This document shows, piece after piece, positions 26,631 through 35,484 of a stretch of 64,000 nt of DNA. Both the position numbers and the translations under genes were made by a program. The notes beneath the pieces are model-generated. The model searched no databases and was not told the DNA's origin. It saw only the letters and a list, made by a program, of their open reading frames with translations. The stretch covers positions 32,001 through 96,000 of the IMG/VR virus record IMGVR_UViG_3300031552_000001; one strand, given 5' to 3'. The DNA comes from a virus. Every line of letters starts with the position of its first letter. Positions within the stretch are counted from its first letter, which is position 1.

Positions 26631-27752
26631 TTAATATTGGGATACTGAAGGGTAATGAAGCCCTGAATCAACTCGGTTATTCTCGGCACCGAGATCTTCC
26701 TCGGACGCCGGCAACTTCGCAGCGTATCCAGTGTCTTCATCACTCGGCTTCACAGAACCTCGGTAAAGCTCAAGCTTACGGCACGCGGCAATATTTACGA
26801 TGCCCATGCCGATATCTTCCCAACTTTGCCACGTGATGACGTTCGCAATCTTGTCGATATAGAACTTGGTGTTGTTGAGAATGTAGAACTTGCCAAAGAA
26901 CTGCGGCGCAGTGAAGATGTAGATGTTCCCTGTTCGGAGAATGTCTGTCTTCACTGTACGAACAACCTTACGGCCCAGCAGGGTATTATACTTGTACCCG
27001 TCAACGACCGTCTCAGACGTGATCTTGTCACCGAAGTCCTCGAGCGTCCATTGAAGAACGTCATCGTGGTCACCTTCAGTGATAAGTATACGTTCTGAGC
27101 GCAAGCGGTTGTTATCAAGCAGCTTAAACAGGTTAACGAAGTCAGGCCGCTGTACAGGACGAACCGTAAAATCTGTACCGTCAGCCGCCAGTGCCAACTC
27201 ACCCTTCACAACAGACACTACTTGAGCAGTAGCGCTACCAGCTCGGATATTGGTGGCGTTGTAGGCAGTACCAGTACTGTTGGTTTCTACCTGAAGCGCC
27301 TGAATTCCAGACTCGATATGACGGGTGAACTCCCTGTCTTCGATTTCCTGGATATCTTTCACCGAGTTGTCTTCAATGACTTTGGTGATAGGCATTTCGT
27401 AGGCCAAAAGCTCCTGTTCTGTCTTCTCAAATTTCTCCGAAGAGATAGTGAAGAAGGGAATCTCAGCCTTAGGCGCGCGAATGAACCGAGCAGTAGGCTG
27501 ATCACGGAAGGTGATAGCCATTGCGCGGCTCTGAGGCTCCACATCCACAATCTTGACGAGAGTGTCGTGGTTAACAGACCTCTGACAGTCCGCCCGGGTT
27601 ACCTGCTCCGGAGGAATAATGTGACGAGAATACGCAACTTCGCGCAATCGATCGCGAATCCACGAACCGCCGTATTCAGCAATCTTGTCTTTGCCTTCCT
27701 GCGTATCCAACCGTTGGTTGAACATCTCGAGTGTTGCTTGGACCATACTCAT
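26631..27752 (-). CDS. Major capsid protein (HK97-like fold predicted)
   Basis: IRDRLREVAYSRHIIPP, FFTISSEKFEK...ELL, IEDNSVKDIQEIEDREF, ITWQSWEDIGMGIVN. About 373 aa; follows protease, scaffold-like and decoration genes. Confidence 0.88.
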   Translation of the reverse strand: MSMVQATLEMFNQRLDTQEGKDKIAEYGGSWIRDRLREVAYSRHIIPPEQVTRADCQRSVNHDTLVKIVDVEPQSRAMAITFRDQPTARFIRAPKAEIPFFTISSEKFEKTEQELLAYEMPITKVIEDNSVKDIQEIEDREFTRHIESGIQALQVETNSTGTAYNATNIRAGSATAQVVSVVKGELALAADGTDFTVRPVQRPDFVNLFKLLDNNRLRSERILITEGDHDDVLQWTLEDFGDKITSETVVDGYKYNTLLGRKVVRTVKTDILRTGNIYIFTAPQFFGKFYILNNTKFYIDKIANVITWQSWEDIGMGIVNIAACRKLELYRGSVKPSDEDTGYAAKLPASEEDLGAENNRVDSGLHYPSVSQY

Positions 27753-27800
27753 AGTCAATCTCCTTGTCCTTTCGTTGAGGTTCTCAGTTAGCTACAAGAG

Positions 27801-28253
27801 CTACACTCGGATGAACCGCAAGAAGTTGTTGTTGCTCGCTGGCAGCCGCGTGACATAGCCAATAATGTGACCTGTGGTGTAAATCTTCAGGCCCCTTAGC
27901 CATGTAGAAGTACCAACAGTTACTGTTGAAACTTCCAAAGCGGCCCCCACTGTCAGAGAAGTAGAGCTCATAATCAGCGTGTCTGCCTCATACGGCCCAA
28001 GGTACAAGAACGGGCCCTTCTGAAGGGCTTGGGTCTCGTACCTTCCGCGTTCTGCGAAATACGCAAACGACGGTACTTCTGCAGGAGTGGCAGAACCCCG
28101 CGCCATCTTGTAAGACGTATCGAGCTCTAAGAACTCTCCGTCAAGCAAAGGCTGCGCGTTTGTAGGGTTCAAAAGAGCAGGCGCTGCCAGCTCGAAAGGA
28201 CGACGTTGAATCGTCTGAAACTCACTCACCAGTTTGATGTTTTGAACTGCCAT
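27801..28253 (-). CDS. Probable capsid decoration/cement protein
   Basis: 150-aa beta-rich protein immediately upstream of MCP. Positional inference. Confidence 0.55.
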   Translation of the reverse strand: MAVQNIKLVSEFQTIQRRPFELAAPALLNPTNAQPLLDGEFLELDTSYKMARGSATPAEVPSFAYFAERGRYETQALQKGPFLYLGPYEADTLIMSSTSLTVGAALEVSTVTVGTSTWLRGLKIYTTGHIIGYVTRLPASNNNFLRFIRV

Positions 28254-28295
28254 TTCTTAACCTCCAAGATTTCTGCGTTGTGTCCTTAAACCAGC

Positions 28296-28652
28296 TCAGG
28301 AAGCGGGGTCCTCACCGCTAATGATGAACTGTTCAAAGGAAGATAAGCTGCCGCTACCCGCTAGTTCGTCGGGGTTACCAAATATGCGGCCCTGAGGAGC
28401 CGCAAGCTTGATAGCCTCTTCAGTGACATCGAGGCTGGGAACTACTTCTAGAGCCGCCACTTTTTGCTCAAAAGTGAGGTCTGTAGAAAGCCCTTTTTCC
28501 TCCATATCCCTAGCAATTTTTTCCATCCTGCCTTTTTTCTCATAACTTGCCACTTTCTCTGAGAGAGTGTTCCGCTCTGAGGTTAAGGCTTCGATGGCGG
28601 CCCCTGCCTGCTTTAGGAGAGAAGCCGCGTCTTGAGTGCTAATCTTTTTCAT
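28296..28652 (-). CDS. Scaffold-like coiled-coil head protein (KxA repeats)
   Basis: LKQAG, EKVAS, EKIAR, QKVAA and IKLAA in 118 aa. Confidence 0.65.
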   Translation of the reverse strand: MKKISTQDAASLLKQAGAAIEALTSERNTLSEKVASYEKKGRMEKIARDMEEKGLSTDLTFEQKVAALEVVPSLDVTEEAIKLAAPQGRIFGNPDELAGSGSLSSFEQFIISGEDPAS

Positions 28653-28671
28653 AGACTTTGTTCCTCTCAGG

Positions 28672-30189
28672 CTAGGCCATCATAGGAGAAGGGGGTGGAT
28701 TTGCGCCGGCAGGGGCACTTGCGCCCATACCAAACTGTTGAAGCTTCTCCGTATCCTCCGCTCCGGCTTCTGGGGCTGCTCCAGATTCTGGGCCAGCTTC
28801 AGCGCCTCCGGCCTCTCCAGCCAAAAGCTCCTGCGCCGCAGCAATGTCCTCGGGAGTCACACCGGCAAGTACAGCAGCTAACGCCGCTTCCATCTCTTGA
28901 TTCTCCTCCGGTAAAGCCTCAGGAGCAACTGCTCCTTCAGCTCCCGCAGGAGGTGGAGGTGGAGCGCCGCCTTCCCCCATAGGGGGTGCTTCGCCTGCTG
29001 CTTTCTTCACCAGCATAGCAATCCTCTGACGTACTTCGGGCGAGGATGACGCCAGTTTCTTGAGCAACTCTCTTGTCGCAGAAATCTTTACACCCGCAGC
29101 GGGGGTGTTATCCAACGACTCTTGGAGAGTATGATCGTGAGCCGAAGACTGCATCGGCTCAGTCAAAAGCTCTGACAAAGCTCCTTTATTCTGTTGCTTG
29201 GCTTTACCCTTGGTTGCGTTGATAGCCGCTTCATTACTAGCAAGCAGATCTCGGCCGCCGCCTTCGCCAGAAGTAGGAGCAGAACTTCGAGGCGTATTAC
29301 TGCCTGCCTCAGACCCTTGAGACTGAACGCTAGGTACGCCAGGCTCAGACTGCAAAATAGGCTCGGACCCAGCAGAAACTTGTGCAGGATCTTCGTCATT
29401 TCCCGCAAATTTCTGAATCAGGGCCGCGGCTGAATCCAACGGAATGCCAGAAGCTGCGGCCTTTGCCATAAGAACTTTTGCTCTCTTGGCCTGTGCAAAC
29501 TTCTGACGTAAGACCTCAGCTTCCTTACCAGATACCCGGTCCAATACTCGAGCAGCCCTATCTGATGCTGTCTTGCTGCCGGTGGACTCGTCTCCACCAG
29601 GCTGCTTCAACAAATCCTCAGGCTGAGGCGGAAGCATCATGCCCTTGTTAGTTTCCAGAGCGTTAGCGGCATCATTAGGATTAGGCTTCTCATCCGGAGT
29701 AACAGACTTCGGCGGTTGATTTGACGATGTCGCCTCGCCGCTCTCGCCTGCGTCCAAAGAGGTGCCTGGAGTGTTGGCCCCTGAAGACGGAATAGCATTA
29801 CCCGCCCCCACTCCCGTTCCGGAGTTATCTGGGGTTACAGTAGAAGGAGGAATAGAGTCGGGATTCGCCTCAGTGGTCTGATGCGCCTTATCCCCTCCTT
29901 CAAATGCTTTCTTAATGAGCGCTTGATTGATAGCCGCATATTCTGCCAGTTTCTCTTCTGGAGTCTGCGAATAATCAATCAAATGCAAGTTTCCCGCAAG
30001 ATGCTTACATGCAGAAGCGAGCTTGCTCAAATACTCATTGCTAAGGTTGGTCTCTACAGAAGGCTTGGCCAAAGGCTGCGACGTAATCGCCGCTCTCTTC
30101 TCAACACTCCGGGAAGACTCGCTAGCAAGCTTCTCCTTAGTGTCGCCAAGCACCTGACGGACCATCTCGTTAACCGACATACTCATCAT
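28672..30189 (-). CDS. Scaffold/core head protein, low complexity, KxA-rich
   Basis: EKLAS, SKLAS, IKKAF, SKTAS, QKFAG, KKLAS and VKKAA separated by Pro/Ser/Gly-rich linkers. Confidence 0.7.
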   Translation of the reverse strand: MMSMSVNEMVRQVLGDTKEKLASESSRSVEKRAAITSQPLAKPSVETNLSNEYLSKLASACKHLAGNLHLIDYSQTPEEKLAEYAAINQALIKKAFEGGDKAHQTTEANPDSIPPSTVTPDNSGTGVGAGNAIPSSGANTPGTSLDAGESGEATSSNQPPKSVTPDEKPNPNDAANALETNKGMMLPPQPEDLLKQPGGDESTGSKTASDRAARVLDRVSGKEAEVLRQKFAQAKRAKVLMAKAAASGIPLDSAAALIQKFAGNDEDPAQVSAGSEPILQSEPGVPSVQSQGSEAGSNTPRSSAPTSGEGGGRDLLASNEAAINATKGKAKQQNKGALSELLTEPMQSSAHDHTLQESLDNTPAAGVKISATRELLKKLASSSPEVRQRIAMLVKKAAGEAPPMGEGGAPPPPPAGAEGAVAPEALPEENQEMEAALAAVLAGVTPEDIAAAQELLAGEAGGAEAGPESGAAPEAGAEDTEKLQQFGMGASAPAGANPPPSPMMA

Positions 30190-30209
30190 TTTGACGGTCT
30201 CCTTTAGGT

Positions 30210-30479
30210 TTACACGAGCGGCGGCGGCGTCGACTTTACAGCACCACCGATGCCGGTAGCCGCCATTGGCGCGTTTGAGTGAACCATGGTGTAGTTTGTT
30301 GGCTGAGCTGGCTTAGGTTTCGGCAAAGAGTTCCCTTTACCGATACCAGAAGAGGGAAGTGGCTTGCCTATAACATTTCCGCCCATACCGCCTACTGCGG
30401 GTTTAGTGAATTTCATCACATTGCCCTCGGCGATTTTTTGAAGCTCATCTGTAAAGGAAGCCAACATTCTCTCGTACAT
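30210..30479 (-). CDS. Small virion-type protein with ASFTDELQKIA leader
   Basis: ATG 30479 one base after the upstream stop; shared motif. Confidence 0.6.
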   Translation of the reverse strand: MYERMLASFTDELQKIAEGNVMKFTKPAVGGMGGNVIGKPLPSSGIGKGNSLPKPKPAQPTNYTMVHSNAPMAATGIGGAVKSTPPPLV

Positions 30480-30480
30480 T

Positions 30481-31194
30481 TTAGCCCGCTCTCTTTGCCT
30501 CCACTGCGGCCACATCTATGCCAGCGTTAGCCAACATCTCAGCGGCTCTTTGGTTCACGGCCGCTGCCAGCTTCTCTTCATCCGAAGAGCGCAGCAACCC
30601 GTGCGCTTCGGCCCACGCCGCCGCACGTTTCTCGGCAAGAATGTCTATTGCGCTCTTCTTTCCTGGCGTGGAAGCGGCCTCCTTAACAACAGGGCTAGGC
30701 CCGCCCTCACCGCTCTTGGCAGAAGCCTGCTTCTCTATCTTGCACTTTTCGTTCCAGAAGGCGTGTGCCATTTGCCTGCCCAAGTAATCTGCTTGAGCAA
30801 CTTTCTCTTCGAAAGACTCCTCGCCTGAATTAGCGGTATCCAAAGCCTTGAGTTCAGCCAAAGCAGCCTCCTTCAAAGCCTCTTCCTCACCCTTCTCAAG
30901 CTCTTTCTCCTCTTCTTTCTTCTCTTTTGCAGCAGATTCAGATTTCTCGTCGGCAATTCCCTCAAAGTCAGGTGCTTCGCCTGCGGCCTCTTTTACCAGA
31001 GCGCTATCTTTTCCAAAGATCTCTGCTGCAACTTTTACCACAGTGCTTCCATCAAGCTTGTCGATGTCCACACCTTCTGCCCTCAAAGCCTCGTCCAAAA
31101 GCTGGATTTCAGCCAACTTCTCTACGTCCGAAGAGTCGCGAGGGGCACCAATCGACTCTCGTGTACCGTACATTTCTGCCAAAAAAGCGTTCAT
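30481..31194 (-). CDS. Scaffold/core head protein (KxA-rich)
   Basis: By hand count, 11 of 24 lysines are in K-x-A. AGGAG RBS. Confidence 0.72.
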   Translation of the reverse strand: MNAFLAEMYGTRESIGAPRDSSDVEKLAEIQLLDEALRAEGVDIDKLDGSTVVKVAAEIFGKDSALVKEAAGEAPDFEGIADEKSESAAKEKKEEEKELEKGEEEALKEAALAELKALDTANSGEESFEEKVAQADYLGRQMAHAFWNEKCKIEKQASAKSGEGGPSPVVKEAASTPGKKSAIDILAEKRAAAWAEAHGLLRSSDEEKLAAAVNQRAAEMLANAGIDVAAVEAKRAG

Positions 31195-31283
31195 GCTAAC
31201 TTCTCCTTGATGTGTTAGGTTTATCTCTCAGGCTTAATAGGCAAGTCACCAAGGATGAGCTGTCCTCTATGCCCCACGCCTGG

Positions 31284-34200
31284 CTACACTCCTCGAGCAA
31301 CATACTGCCCTCCCCGCCACATTTTATCCCCGGCGTCCAACGCACGGTCTACTACACCACGAGTTTTAGGGTCTCTAAGCAAAGCCCCCAGCCCGCTCAC
31401 TGCTGCCATTGAAGTAAGCCAAGGATGCTCTGCTACCAGTGAACCTAATAAACCGACATCTTCCCCTCGCGCCATCGACCGACGCTTGTGAGCCGAATAC
31501 AGTAAAGCTAAGGGCACGGACCCTAACACCAACGTTAGAGTTCTTCTGTCTAACCCTAAAGGAGACGCAGTCTTGCTAAACATATCTTCAGTGCTTAAAC
31601 CTAGAGTTCTGGCATGAAGCTCCGGATGGCTTACTATTGCTTTTGGTAATTCGCTTGCCAATTTCATGATCTCTTTTCTGTACCAAGTGTATGCGGATGC
31701 AATCTTGGAGAGAAGAGGAGAATCTACTTCGGAGGACGAATGGTGAGAAGCGGGCTTTGATGTAATAATCTTCCCTATTCGACGCCGCACAACCGGCCCC
31801 GTATATGACTTGTCTTCCAAAAAGGGCAGAAGCCTCTCGAGCAGGGTCTCATCAAATTGGGAAGAATCTAAAGGAGCACAAGGAGCTTCACTGCTGTCAT
31901 TTTGCGCAGCTACTGCTCCAGCATTATCTAACTTGTCTGCAAGGTCGCCCTTTCCTATATGCACCAAAATGATGCGCTGAAACTCCTCGGGCTTTAAAGC
32001 CATGCCCATTAAAGCAGGAGTGGCGAGACTCTTCTCTAACTCCGGGCACTCTCCCATCTGATTCAGTACGTCCTTTGGAAGAGAGGGTTCTGTTTGAGAA
32101 AGTATAGGGGAAACCCTGCCCACTGCTTTACTAGGCCCTATCCTCTTTACAATCTCAGCCCATTTCAGGTGGGACATTTTCGTCTCGTTCGACACCTTCA
32201 ATAATTCTTCGGGGCTCCACCCGTGATGGATAACTCGAGCTACCTTCACCGCAGCAATGTCTACAGAAGCTGTCTTGGCTTTAACGAGATCTCCAGAGTT
32301 TGACCTAATAACGTTCAGCTCCTTGCCGCTAGAAGAGTCCCTCCATGTTTTTTCTCTTCGTCTAGCCGAGCCTGCGCCAGCAAATAGCTCATCTAAATTG
32401 GCAGAAGCGACTTTCATAGTTCCGCCTTCCTCCGAAGCTACACTGAACTCGTCCTCCAAAATCAAATCGGCTACTTTATCTGACCAGATAGATGCTAACT
32501 TTTCACCGTGCGCCTCTTTCCGGACAACCGCTTTTTTGAATAACGGGTAGGCCATAACGGTCAATGACCTAAAAAATTTCGGATTGTCGTAATGAGCTAA
32601 ATAAGCAGCCTTTGCTTGCTCCGGAGTTTGGAACCCTAGCATCACTTTATCTTCATCATACTTGCCGGCCTTTCGACCATTAATAAAATTCTGGTGTACG
32701 ATATAGACGTTCTCGGGGTCCCAAGGGCCTACGTAAACGTCTAGCTTGTCTCCGTCTACTCCTCGAGTTCCCAGAATCTCCCCGTATGGAAGCTTCATAT
32801 GAGTCTTCCAGCCCTTACCTTCTCGAATATCACCAGGCCGGTTCTCTACATGAATAGTCAAACCTTTAAGTTTTATGGTCCCTGTAAAGGGAAATTCTTT
32901 TCGATTAGGTTTTGGAGGAGGGCCAATCTTGATGTTCTTTGCGCGCTTAAACGTTTCCTCTAAATCAGCAGAAGAGGTTTTCATGCGATTTGGGTGAATC
33001 GTTTCGTGGTCTAGTTCCTTATCAAACTTTTCTTTATCTATTTCCTTCTTAGCGCCTTTCAGTGCGGTAAGGCCGTCTGGTCCGTCCCCGTCTACCCCAA
33101 ATTCTACAGTACGAGAGCTGCCGTAACTACCTAACCTCTTCGTAGCTAAAAGAACCCTGTCCAAACTAGCTAATAAGTCAGGGTTCCCCTCAATGTGATA
33201 ATCCCTACGGTCTACTTCATAAGACCCTCCTTTAACAAACGCGCTATCAGATAATTCTGCGCGGGGGTCCGTACCTCCTTGAGCTTTTCGTAAGTAGTAG
33301 TCTACGGTTTCTCTACGGCGGCATACACTACCCGGGGGCTTAGGATTCTCGCCCCTACCACGCCTCAGATAAAAGTCCATTATTTGGCTTCTTCTATCTC
33401 GTATCGGTTGTTCTCTCGATGAGTCAACTCCAGCGGACTCTTCTTCGTCTAAAGTTCCTGCATTTGTTCTAAGTACTCCGTCTTCTATTGCTGTAGGGCT
33501 TTCCTGATTATCTGTACGCCCCATGATAAGGCGAGTGTCTGCTTCATCCATAGGGTCGATAGAGGCTGTCTTTACTTGGATGCGGCACCCACTTACACAT
33601 TCTTTGCAAGTACCGACTCCACAAGCTGCTTTGATCAACCCGATTCTATCCTCTTGTAGGTTGTACACCGTTTCTGCGTCTATTACGGATTGAGGAACAT
33701 AAGAGCCAGACGCTAGCTTACACATCACCTTTGCTGTTTTATCTGCTCCAATAAATACAAAACTAATATCAAAGAACCTCGGATGAGGGTTAATGACGGA
33801 TATTCTTCTACCGTCGTCCAATATTTTACCTAAACCAATATTCTTTACGCAGCTACAGTAGTCTTCTCTAGTTTTAGACTTGTGCCCACAAATCGAACAA
33901 ACGTCGTACGGAATTCGCGTACCCATACTTACATCAGGAAACTCGCCAGCAAGGATCCTATCAACAACGTCTTGCGCACCATTCTGAAGAGCCAGCGCCT
34001 TATCGATTAGAACTACCAACTCCACCCTATGCATCTTAGCGTTCCAACAAGCCACTGCTACTGTGCCGAACGCTCGATTAGGATCTTTGTTTTGGTGATG
34101 CTTAAAAGGAAGCGCGTTAAGAAATGTCCAGTACCCGTATGGAGGTATAGGTTTACCTGTAAAATCGTCTATAGGATGAGACTGCCCGCTATGTAGTCTG

Positions 34201-34451
34201 CAATCATGAACAAGGGAGGCTTCCGGAAAGTCGTCCCCGTTCACATTAGCTCCATAATATTCAGACGCCCCTAACGCGTTTACCAAAACCGCTAGCTTAT
34301 TAGGGTCTTTTTGATAGCCGTTTAACCATTCCTGTACGGGGGGCATAAGATGCTTAGCCTCTTTAACCATAGTAATCTGTGGCTCAAAGAGGCAAACCAA
34401 AGGCTCCCCGTCAGGGGCAGTGCCTTTGAAAGTTGCTAGCTTAGTGATCAT
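31284..34451 (-). CDS. Prohead protease polyprotein with embedded inorganic-pyrophosphatase-like domain
   Basis: N-terminal protease: FKHHQNK, VLID, DVSMGTRIPYDVCSICG, NPHPRFFDISFV. Internal IHVEN..G..R.G...M..PYGEI.GT.GVDGD.LDVYVG...YDEDKVMLGF (~32585-32870). Confidence 0.8.
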   Translation of the reverse strand: MITKLATFKGTAPDGEPLVCLFEPQITMVKEAKHLMPPVQEWLNGYQKDPNKLAVLVNALGASEYYGANVNGDDFPEASLVHDCRLHSGQSHPIDDFTGKPIPPYGYWTFLNALPFKHHQNKDPNRAFGTVAVACWNAKMHRVELVVLIDKALALQNGAQDVVDRILAGEFPDVSMGTRIPYDVCSICGHKSKTREDYCSCVKNIGLGKILDDGRRISVINPHPRFFDISFVFIGADKTAKVMCKLASGSYVPQSVIDAETVYNLQEDRIGLIKAACGVGTCKECVSGCRIQVKTASIDPMDEADTRLIMGRTDNQESPTAIEDGVLRTNAGTLDEEESAGVDSSREQPIRDRRSQIMDFYLRRGRGENPKPPGSVCRRRETVDYYLRKAQGGTDPRAELSDSAFVKGGSYEVDRRDYHIEGNPDLLASLDRVLLATKRLGSYGSSRTVEFGVDGDGPDGLTALKGAKKEIDKEKFDKELDHETIHPNRMKTSSADLEETFKRAKNIKIGPPPKPNRKEFPFTGTIKLKGLTIHVENRPGDIREGKGWKTHMKLPYGEILGTRGVDGDKLDVYVGPWDPENVYIVHQNFINGRKAGKYDEDKVMLGFQTPEQAKAAYLAHYDNPKFFRSLTVMAYPLFKKAVVRKEAHGEKLASIWSDKVADLILEDEFSVASEEGGTMKVASANLDELFAGAGSARRREKTWRDSSSGKELNVIRSNSGDLVKAKTASVDIAAVKVARVIHHGWSPEELLKVSNETKMSHLKWAEIVKRIGPSKAVGRVSPILSQTEPSLPKDVLNQMGECPELEKSLATPALMGMALKPEEFQRIILVHIGKGDLADKLDNAGAVAAQNDSSEAPCAPLDSSQFDETLLERLLPFLEDKSYTGPVVRRRIGKIITSKPASHHSSSEVDSPLLSKIASAYTWYRKEIMKLASELPKAIVSHPELHARTLGLSTEDMFSKTASPLGLDRRTLTLVLGSVPLALLYSAHKRRSMARGEDVGLLGSLVAEHPWLTSMAAVSGLGALLRDPKTRGVVDRALDAGDKMWRGGQYVARGV

Positions 34452-35218
34452 TAGCCTAGTCTTGGGTCATCCGCGGGCACAGCCTCTGAACCTTCCCAGA
34501 ACTGCGCCTTGTTTTTTGCTGCTTCGTATTCCTTCTCGGCAGTTTCCATGTTCTTTTGAGCTGTAAGAACTTGGAGGTTGCTAAGCGAATTTGGGCCCCC
34601 AATAGAATCGCTGCCAGAGGGCACAGATCCCATTGGAACCTTACTCATAAAAAATTCCTTACCGCTTCTACGCTTATTGGCGTCTGTAAGCTGCTTGTGC
34701 GCACCTACCAAATTGCTAACTGTGCCTATGTCGACCCTTTCTTGATCTAAGATATTCTTCACAAAAGTTCCTGCCACTAGCGGGTCTTCGGCATATGCCG
34801 GGTTGAATCTGTAAAGAGTATTAAATGCGTCCTCCACCGCCCCTGGATCTGCGTCGGAAAGATGGGGATTTTTGTCTATCATAGTTTCGAATGACTTCGC
34901 CTTGTGGACCTTATTTTTAACTGCGTCCACTAACTTGCCTGAATAGTCAGTAGCGGTGCCTATCAACGCGCCCAGCCCAACGGAGCCTGCCAGCAAAGGG
35001 GCAACGTCATGAGCCTGTGCGTAAGCTCTCTCAAAAAATCCGGCTTCAGGGCCCAGCCCCTTCACTAAATTTTTCCACCCCAGTTTTTCTGCTGCTTCTT
35101 TTCTGAATTGAGAGTCGCTTTCGTATTTGGAAAGAAAAGAACTTACGTTTTTTCCAATCCTCTCAACTTGCTCTTCAGTAAGAAGACCTTCGGCAGCCAA
35201 CTTTTCGATCAAGTTCAC
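34451..35218 (-). CDS. Virion-type protein with hydrophobic segment and KxA motifs
   Basis: GTG start at 35218 after AGGAG; EKLAA, RKEAAEKLG; LLAGSVGLGALIG. Confidence 0.7.
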   Translation of the reverse strand: MNLIEKLAAEGLLTEEQVERIGKNVSSFLSKYESDSQFRKEAAEKLGWKNLVKGLGPEAGFFERAYAQAHDVAPLLAGSVGLGALIGTATDYSGKLVDAVKNKVHKAKSFETMIDKNPHLSDADPGAVEDAFNTLYRFNPAYAEDPLVAGTFVKNILDQERVDIGTVSNLVGAHKQLTDANKRRSGKEFFMSKVPMGSVPSGSDSIGGPNSLSNLQVLTAQKNMETAEKEYEAAKNKAQFWEGSEAVPADDPRLG

Positions 35219-35226
35219 GTTTGCTC

Positions 35227-35484
35227 CTACTGAAATTTTGGGATTGAAGGCACTGCTCGAGCATTTGCTGCTTGGAGCCACGGTTGGGTAAGCCCGGCTT
35301 GCGAATTCCTAACCCCCTGAGATACTATCGGTGCCGCCGTAGCTGCTACCAACCCCGTACCGGCAAGCCCCTTCCAGTGTCTACCAGCAAATCCAAGCGT
35401 TTTTCTTCCAGCAAGCTGAAGAGCCTTACCTACAAACGCTTCCTTAGTAATCTTTTCCGCTACTCGGCTAGACCTAAGAAGCAT
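35227..35484 (-). CDS. Small virion-type protein with hydrophobic segment
   Basis: TKEAF motif; GLAGTGLVAATAAPIV. Confidence 0.55.
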   Translation of the reverse strand: MLLRSSRVAEKITKEAFVGKALQLAGRKTLGFAGRHWKGLAGTGLVAATAAPIVSQGVRNSQAGLTQPWLQAANARAVPSIPKFQ

